In this document: piece by piece, positions 54,165 through 64,000 of the stretch
How positions within the stretch are numbered: the first letter of the stretch is position 1
How the letters are laid out: every line of letters begins with the position of its first letter
Source of the DNA: the human T2T-CHM13v2.0 reference genome, Homo sapiens
Reading direction: 5' to 3' (one strand)
Assembly: GCF_009914755.1 (NCBI RefSeq)
Contig: NC_060931.1
Length of the DNA stretch: 64,000 nt
Translations under genes and position numbers: made by a program
The notes under the pieces: model-generated
The model's input: the letters and a program-made list of their open reading frames with translations, nothing else
What the model was told of the DNA's origin: nothing
The model's database searches: none

Positions 54165-54320
54165 ACAATCTAGCCATGTGACCTTGGGCAAGTTACAGAG
54201 TTCTAATGTATAAAATGGAGGTAATAATAGTACCTACCTCAGTATTTTTATGGGGATTAAATGAGTTAATATACTGAAAACCACCCAGAACAATATCTAG
54301 CACACAGTAAATGCTTCTAT
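54165..54320 (+). mobile_element. MIR
   Basis: tgtgaccttgggcaagtta...tataaaatggaggtaataatagtacctacctc...gattaaatgagttaata. Confidence 0.8.
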
Positions 54321-55919
54321 GAGTAGTGTTTGTTCGTATTAACATGAAAGCAGCAAAAAAATGTTTGCATTTTCCTGTTCATTGAAAGAGGATGATACTG
54401 TTCAAACTGGGTGGAAATATTTGGTAAATGAGATGGTCTTTGTGAAAATCCTTTTTTAAAAATTTGATAACCTTGATTTAATTAAGTAACTTAAAATTAG
54501 AATAATATTGGAAAGAAATTGCAGTTGAGCAAAATATTACAAAAATCAAGAGGTTCTTCAATGGGCATTCATAGGAGGCATTGCAGTTTGGAGAAGTGAG
54601 TAGGGAAACATCAATTCTGAGATTATTATGAATTTCCATGTGATACACACATAAAAGACCTGTAGTAACATCTGGCACATAGTACATGCTCAATAAATGC
54701 TATCTGTTATTTTTACTATGATTTCATTATTGATAAAATCAAGATCATTTATATTCTGGGTTTCAGATTGGTTAGATAGGAAATGCTGTCAAGTCACTTG
54801 TCCAGATAGTAGATATTTTCTTTTCTTTTTGTGGCTCAATTGAGACAAAGACCAGCTTCTACAATTACCAGATCTATATACCCTCAGTGTCCTAGGATAA
54901 AAATAGAAAAGCAAAGTGAAGAAAGACAGAGAATGTTTTTGCTGGAGAAAGTGACCAATGAAGTAACATCTTTGAAAAGGTTATTCTTGAAGGATAAGCC
55001 CTTAGCAAGCAAAGATCATGCTTAGGGTGTGGGATTGGGTGGCAATCCCATCAGAAATACAGTTATTTGAACATGTTAGTTGAAGGAAAGGAAATCTTTA
55101 GCGTATATTGAAGCTTCCTGCCAATCATTGCTACCTCTTTTCTTTCCCAAAATCTGCTATATTAATACAGATCATATATAGCAAGTTTCCACTCTTGAAA
55201 TTTACCTGTTCTATGTGTTTTATCTTCTTTAAAGTGTCAAGTAACTACTTCATTAAATACTCATCCTTTTTTTTTTTTTTTTCGGAATTCTGGGCCTTAT
55301 TGCTCTATGTTTTAATTGGAACATTCTTGATGCAAGGCCCAAATATTGACCCATTAGTTCACCTCCACTGAAGACATTACAATGTATGAAGTTTACTGGA
55401 AAAGAACGTTTTTGTACTTTATTTGCTCTTATGAATGTAAATGTGTATGTTTTCCTTTTTCTTGATATAGAAATTGTTTTTGTTTAAATAACTAATTATT
55501 CCTTTGATTAGACACTCAAGAATATAGCACTTCACTGTTAGTATAGTTTAATAAATGTATTCACTTTCCCATATATAACATGACTATTTACAACATTATT
55601 ACTGTATTTCCTTGGACTTATGTGATAACTTTCTACTCTAAAAGTTTATTTTGCTATGGAAATTATCATGGATACTATGCAAAATTATTATTTTTCTAGT
55701 TGATATTATTCTTTTCTTAGAAGCACAGATAGACAAGACTTTTAAGATGTAATTCTGTCCTAGAAAAATAGCTTATTTTGCCACCTTTAGTTTTGAGATA
55801 GCACTTCTTAATGAACTAAACTTTTGTCTTAATTTTCCACTACAAATTATCTATCATATTAAAAGTATTTAAAATTCAATAGCAGATTATTCTGTTTTCT
55901 TTTAAGCTCTTTTTTATGA

Positions 55920-56351
<432 letters not shown>

Positions 56352-57792
56352 AAGCCCCATTTGAGTGGGGAAAAAATAAGTGATTCTGAAGTTGTCTGTG
56401 CATCTCAGGACTTTTATTTAAAAATTAAAGTCTGTTTCTAAGTCATCCATTTCTAAGTGCTTTCAAAGAGAGATCAACTCTAGTGTTGATACATTTTTTT
56501 TGCAAGGTTTTATTTAAATGTCAAAAGCTCATTTTGAAAAGTAATCAGTCATATTTTTGGACAGGATAATGACTAAATTGCCTTGCTGTATAAGAAATCT
56601 TATTAATGTAGAAACACTTGTCATTAAAATAGAGATTTTTGTTTTTCAAAATATTTATAACTTGACCCCCAAATGGTAAGTTCATCACTAATTATTGACC
56701 TGGCTACATGCCTGTGATACCAGATCATCAACATCTTCTATTTTTAACTTTCCTTTTTGCAGTAAATGGCCCTATTTAGTCTGTTTGATGATACAATGTG
56801 AAATATACATACAAATCTTTTATTCTTAGGTACATGGCCTCTACTGCTTTTGTTGTTTAGGTTGGATTTTATGCTTATTGTTTTAAAATGTTTTATACAA
56901 ATATTGTTTTAATTTGTTTGATTTCAAATGAGTATGTCTAACATAAAAGATCTAAGCCATTTAGAAGTAATTTGAAACATGGTTCCAGTTGTTCCAGATA
57001 CTTCATTTATATTTTCCTGCATTTGTAATGATACTAATCCATAAAATAACTTTAAAAATCTGCCTGGGATCATTAAATTCATTTATGCTTCATTGCAGGT
57101 ATTTAAATAAATTTAACTAGCCTATATACTGAAGAACTTGGTTCTTTTTGTGGACTGTAAAGTAGTTTATACATATTAAAATGTTGCCTCAAGGTTGACT
57201 TTAATTTAGATAGCTTGAATAAAATCACATTAAGAAAATTTGTCACATGGTATTATAACATTGGTAATTATGGTTTTTTCCTTAAATTGGGAAGTAAGCT
57301 GTTTTGTCCATTGATGTACTAAGACATTAGACAATATATTAAGAACTCTATGAAAGTCTTTATTGTAGGAGTTCAAGTCGTTAAAGCGGCAGTATTACAA
57401 TGTAGTTTAATAGTAATCTAAACACATTATCTTCACCCAAAACGTTTTGTTCCCAAGAAATCATTAAGACACTATTTTGGAATTACAGCTGCATTGTGTC
57501 ATCAGATGGAACTTGACTTATTTACACCACAGTACAGGCAACTTATGTCTTAGAAAACTGGAAAAAGGAACCCGGACACAAAAACTATATTTTGAATAAA
57601 GTTTTATGTATTATGTAGGATCTATTCTATGGAAATTATTTCAGTGAATATAGCTTTTGTTTCTTTAAATTTTATCTTATTTATATGGTTCCAGTTCATC
57701 TAGTCTTTTTCCTAATGCGCTGTACTTAGAGTGACATCAACAGGACAAGGGATTTTTCCAAAAGATAAATTAGCACAGGATGCACCTCCTTT

Positions 57793-58225
57793 GTCTCTCT
57801 CTCTCTGTCTCTCTCTCTCTCTGTCTCTCTCTCTCTGTTTCTGCCTCAGCCACACTGAATTCTTTACTGTGATGAAGTTATATTAAGGATACATCTATGT
57901 TCTTATACCAGCCACTTTTCCTGTCTGATCTAGTTTCCCCCAGATGCTTGAATGCTGTTCTTCTTTATGCCTTTTAATATTTGTTCAAGATGTCACCACC
58001 TTAGGTGGACTTCCTCTGACCACCATGCCATCTCTCATGCTGTCCCCTCATCCAGCTTCCTGTTTCTTCATCACACTTGTCGTTACTTGATATTATTTAA
58101 CGTGTTATTTGTCCGACTCCAATATTAGAATGTAATCCCCACAGGTCAAGAACTTTTTATTTACTGCTGTATCCCCAGCATCTAGAGCACCAGTCGGCAC
58201 GTAGCAGGTGCTCAATAAATATGGG
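57793..58225 (+). mobile_element. (CT)n microsatellite (57793-57837) and L2 3' fragment
   Basis: tagaatgtaatcccc...actgctgtatccccagcatctagagca...gtagcaggtgctcaataaatat. Confidence 0.7.
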
Positions 58226-58682
58226 TCAAGTGGCTTTTATCACAGAGATTCAACAGAGAATGTTTCTGCATACAGTTGTCTCATTTTGTCACTTTGTGAT
58301 TAAACACAGTTTCTTTAATATTCCTTTCTATATTGTTCTATTACCTGAAATTCTTTTGATATAGTCCTCGCCCATTTGTTGCATCTGTTCAAGCTCCCTT
58401 TCTCAAGACAGGGGCTAGGTGGAACTTTAGACTTCCTTACCATGATTAAATAGTTTTACTTGTCTGCAACAACTTTTACCTTGTGTTATTGGTTTGGGAT
58501 TGCCACACAGTTTGGGAGGAGTTCAAGTTCAGATTCCAAACCAAAGTAGAGTCTGATTTCCTACAGGTGTTTCTATCGTCTGGTTAGGTAAGAATCTGTC
58601 CCCAGGCAAAGTCCCTACATCTGTGGACTGACATTTCCAGATACCCCTTTTCCAACTTGTCAACTTATCAAACAGTCCAGGT

Positions 58683-58982
58683 CTTCTTCTTCTTTTTTTT
58701 TTTTTCTTTTGTCGTTGTTGTTTTGAGGCAGGTCTCACTCTGTCACCCAGGCTGGAGTGCAGCCTCTACCTCCTGATCTCAAGTGATCCTCCCACCTTAG
58801 CCTGCCAATTAGTTAGGATTACAGGCACACACCACCACATCAGGCTAATTTTTGTATTTTTTTGTAGAGATGAGGTTTCACCATGTTGGCCAGGCTGGTC
58901 TCAAACTCCTGGGCTCAAGTGTTCTGCCAACCTCAGCCTCCCAAAGTGCTGAGATTACAGATGTGAGCCATTGCACCTGGCC
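58683..58982 (-). mobile_element. AluJ/S with internal deletion
   Basis: Reverse Alu motifs. Confidence 0.88.
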
Positions 58983-59891
58983 AAGTCGGGTCTTGTGTGC
59001 CAAGCATGCAGGGGCTGTGGCTTCCCCCTCTCATACCATGTATTCAAACCTCAGCCCCTGATGCCCTGTGACCTCTTAGCATCAATTCCCACTCCTCTGA
59101 CTTCGAGTCTTCACTACACTTGTAGTGCCTAGAAAATTTTCTTTCTTAGTTTCCGCCTTACTATCTATTAAAAACAAAACAAATTTATGTTATATATTAG
59201 TATTTTTTTCATCTTTGGGTGGGGGTAGCTTTCCACTTCTGCTCAGTCCATCATATTGACTGAAGGTACATGTGGATATCATTTATTTTAGCATTTTAAA
59301 AGCAATACTCCTGAAATTGTTGATGCTCCCATATAGCCAAAGCTATTTACTCCTAGCCCTCTGTGAATGAGCAGTAATAAAAATTTATACAGTATTCTTA
59401 TATTCTAGGTCTCTGAACATTCTAACATCTTAAAGGAAATATTAGATATTATTTATGAATAAATTCTGTGAAACAGTGGGCTCATCATTCCATTCTATTT
59501 CAAAGCCTCTTAGCATTGCATAGTTTATTTTCCTTTTAGCCTTTTGGACTTTCATCAAATGAAAAGTCATTATAAGGGTAATTTTTCAATTAAATATCTA
59601 GAAGCCACTGTTTTTGACATGTCTTACTTCTTTTGATTTTATTTATAAGCCTGAATTGATTAAGTATTGGGTATATTCGGAGGATATATCTATTAGGTAT
59701 TATAGGCTGATTTTATTATTATGAGTTATTTTATTCTAAGATATATTTTTATTTTATTTTAAAGTTGAAATGCGCACATTTTAAGTATCCAGCTTGTTAT
59801 GTTTGGGCAAATAAAAATATAAAACATTTCTATCACTTCAGAAATTTCCTTTATGACTTTTATTTTAAACTTTATTTTTTTTTCCTACCAG

Positions 59892-60031
59892 ATGTTAAGA
59901 CATCCCACCTGAAACCTGAAGCGCATCCTACAAAGTATATTTCTTCGAATATGGGTGATTTCCTGCATTCTACAGACAGAAACTACCTCATTAAATTTTG
60001 GGCCAAACTTTCAGCCAAAAAAACACCAGCG
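59892..60031 (+). CDS. LRGUK: LRGUK coding exon of the canonical isoform (DVKTSHLKPEAHPTKYISSNMGDFLHSTDRNYLIKFWAKLSAKKTPA)
   Basis: Long polypyrimidine tract and cctaccAG acceptor, gcg|GTaaga donor. 140 nt, phase 1/0, in frame with the exon ending at 39692. Confidence 0.93.
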
Positions 60032-60593
60032 GTAAGAGAGGAATAGAAGGGGTGAAGCCACAACTGAGCTCTATACAATGTCAGACAAAGAGGGGATTTA
60101 ATATTTTGAGACTAATAAGTTTCCCCAAAATTATTCTCTCACTAGTGTCAGCTGAAGACAGGATTTTGACTCTTTGTACATCCCTGAGAATAGACACTGG
60201 TTCTAAAAGTAGAATATTCAATATCAGATTCTGTGAGTACCTTTCTCCTGGGCTCCCAGTGAAAATTCTGACATTCAAATCTTCTATTTTGTAAGAACAG
60301 AAAAGCACTACAAGAAAATTAATGCAGTGAAAGATGTATTTCAAGGGAAAACTTGCTTTGTTGCTAGGGTATAAATTTGAGTATTCTTGGGCTGAGCCTG
60401 AAAAGTGAGTCCACTCAAAGAGTCCGTGTTTTATAACTTAGCACTTCTTAAACCAGTCGCATCACTTAGTCCCAACTTATTTCTCTGAAAGTTTTGAGAA
60501 AGCAGCATGCACAGGAGTGTGGAATGCAAAATTGGCACTGCATTCAGATTAGGTTGTACTTGTTTTCCATCTGTAATCATTTTTATGTGATGA

Positions 60594-61010
<417 letters not shown>

Positions 61011-61891
61011 AAGGATAGCCTGTTCTAAACAAATAGGTGCATCAAGTCAGAACCATTGGCAGTGTTCAGTGGTCAAAAGAATCAGACTGATTACTGATTA
61101 CTTCAGGCAAAAAGTCTTAGGCTGGGGCATATACAGATATAGTATGCTATATACATTTTACTCTTACTGAGTCACAATAGTTGTTGGGTGTTCTAGGTGC
61201 AAGAAACAGTATCTCCCTGCTTCTATTTCCTGCATGTGGTAGCCCTCCCTCTCCTGGCTGGCCTCTTCCATTCACCCACAGGCTTTGCTCCCACTAGCTT
61301 GAGCACTACTCTCATGCGCCATCCAGCCCTGACTGTCCTAGGCCTCTTGGCTCTGTGCTCATTCTTCCCGGCAACTTCCTTCCATCTCTTTAATTCAAGT
61401 CGCTGAAGGCAGGAGAATCTACCCAGCCCAGCTTGACTTTTCAAGCCATGCTGTGGTGGTCATATTAGCCTGCCTGTGTGGTCACCTGTGGCAGGGCAGA
61501 AGGCACGACCTGTGGCTCAGGCTGCGGCTTCTCAGAGGCAGCAGGGGGTAGGTGGGTGCCCACTAAACATCTATAAATAAGATGAATTTGTTCCATGATA
61601 CTGAGTGTAGGAAAGTCATATTTATCCAAAATCAATGAAATCTGGAATTGTTCCCATCTCACCAGGATTTCTGGGAAATCAAATGTCGTTAGAAATGGGG
61701 ATCACTTCCCATATTTGGATTAAGTTCAAGAATCCCGAGAGTTACACAATCCTGGGAAATTGCAGAAGGGCCTCTAGCCTCATAACCACCATGGTTGACA
61801 TGGAGATGCTTTTCATCTAAGGCACTGAATCCCATTCTGAGCCAGTGGCCCTGGTATTCTCCATATCCTACTTTTTCCTACTATTAGTAGC

Positions 61892-62033
61892 TTTTTTCTT
61901 TTACTTTTTTCTTTTGTAGAGACAGGGTCTTGACATGTTGCATAGGCTGGCCTTGAACGCCTGGCCCCAAGTGATCCTCTCACCTCAGCCTCCCAAAGTG
62001 CTGGAATTACAGGCATGAGTCAATGAGCCCAGC
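61892..62033 (-). mobile_element. Alu monomer (FLAM/AluJ left arm)
   Basis: tagagacagggtcttg...cccaaagtgctggaattacaggcatgag. Confidence 0.8.
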
Positions 62034-62514
62034 TAACTAGTAGGTTTTTTTCTTATACCTACCCCTGAGATCTTGCTATACCTGGGGTAATGGGTAGAAG
62101 TCAACAGGTAAGGCTCCCTCTGCATGAGGAACCTATCACTCTTTGTCCTTCCAGTCCTGGGAAATCCAGCTCTTTCCAGATCAGCCCACAGCTTTCTCTC
62201 CTGCCCTTGGTATTCCAGCCTTCTTGGATGGTGTGGCTTGATGCTTCTTGGACTTTCAAATACAGCATCAGTTCTTTAATGTCCCCTTGGGACATGGAAA
62301 TCCAGAGTGCAAACCTTCAGACCACTAAATCCTGTCCATCTTTAATCCTTGGTGATAAGACTGCACCCTGACAATCAGAGGCAGCCCATTTCCCAGGTGG
62401 GCTGTCCTGATGCACAGCTGGATTCACACTGATAGGCAGAAGCACATGCCATTGACTTGCACCCCTCTTCCACTTAATGGGTATTCATGGTTTATTTAAA
62501 CGTGTTTAGGGATC

Positions 62515-62822
62515 ATGTCCTTTGCAGGAACGTGGAGGCCATTATCCTTAGTAAACCGATGCAGGATCAGAAAACCAAGTACCACATGTTCTTACTTATA
62601 AATGATGAGGACACATGGACACATAGAAGGGAACAACACACACTGGGGTCTATCAGAGGGTGAAGGGTGGGAGGAGGGAGAGGATCAGGAAAAATAACTA
62701 ATGGGTACTAGGCTTAATAACTGGATGATGAAATAGTCTGTACAACAAACCCCCATGACACAAGTTCACCTAACAAACCTGCACATATACCCCTGAACTT
62801 AAAATAAAAGCTAAAAAAAAAA
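62515..62822 (+). mobile_element. L1PA/PB 3' end
   Basis: acacatggacacatagaagggaacaacacacactgggg...acaaacccccatgacac...ccctgaacttaaaataaaag. Confidence 0.85.
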
Positions 62823-62883
62823 TGTCCAATCTAAATATCACCTGTTAGAAAATGTTGGGGCCTAATTAAAGAGAGTGCTGGTT

Positions 62884-63183
<300 letters not shown>

Positions 63184-64000
63184 GTGTTGGTCAAGGGCAA
63201 TAAGGTACTAAGGGCTGGGGACAGGGGAACAGAACTGGAAAAAAAAAAAAAAAAAAAAAAAACCCACTCTGTGCTCCTAACTGTGATTCAGCCGTAACAT
63301 TTTAATATAAAATGAAGACAGTATGGGGAAACTGGAGAGAGGAGAGGATAAAAAGGCAGTGTGAGAGTGGAAGGGGCCACCCTGGTGATGATTGGTGGGG
63401 GAAAGGACCCAATATCCCAGGCCACCTGTTACTGGAAACAGTTTCATGAACTTTTACACCAGATTGCTCCTTGCCTGCAGTGCCCCTCCCTGAGAAACTG
63501 AGCAGCCCCCATAATCCACAGCATCTAGAACCCAGTGTGGAGCATGTGTTGTGTCCAGTGTCAGCACTGTGGCATTTACTGATCCCTGATGGTAGTAATT
63601 TGCAGAGCCCTGAGGTTCTGGTGCCTTTGCCTCTCAGTGCTAGTAGTTTAGGTGGAAATACAAATGTAACAAGGTAGTTTCATAGAAAAGCAAATCAAAC
63701 TCCCTCAGAACTAACAGATTCACTCTTAAGAAATTAGGGCAAATATAATACTGAATTGCTCTTGTCATATATGTGGGTGAATTCACCTAAGATTATGTTT
63801 GGTGCCTCATTTTTCTTTTAAAGATTATGAATTCAGTGCTCTTGGAATTTGCAAGTATTTATCACATTTTAGGAGATCTCATAGGTTGTTAACCTTTTGC
63901 ACAGCTGGTATAATGCTGCAAAACAAGCAACATACCTTTCTGAGACCATCACAACAGAAGATTCCGTGAGACATTATGATGTGTGTTAGAGAACACACAC

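Overview
Primate (most likely human) genomic DNA covering the middle of the LRGUK gene (leucine-rich repeats and guanylate kinase domain containing) on the + strand. Ten GT-AG exons splice in frame (1188 nt, 396 codons), running from the last LRRs and LRR cap through a degenerate guanylate-kinase-like domain into the start of the canonical C-terminus. The intron after the GK domain holds a large, phase-compatible alternative terminal exon (46824-48373) encoding ~516 Pro/Gln/Ser/Glu-rich residues with repeated (K/R)LPxI motifs. The main finding is that this exon's stop codon lies inside a 51-bp AT-rich block that also occurs in the intron 2.8 kb upstream (45528-45578). Past the block, the same frame continues ~227 codons with only four internal stops, each one C>T change from a sense codon, which looks like a decayed ancestral C-terminus. 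Two more local templated duplications occur at 8.9-11.8 kb. The rest is intronic repeat landscape: ~19 Alus, L1/L2/MIR fragments, MLT1/MLT2/LTR8/LTR12 LTRs, MER33, MADE1 and microsatellites. Repeat subfamily calls come from recalled consensus sequences, not a database search.
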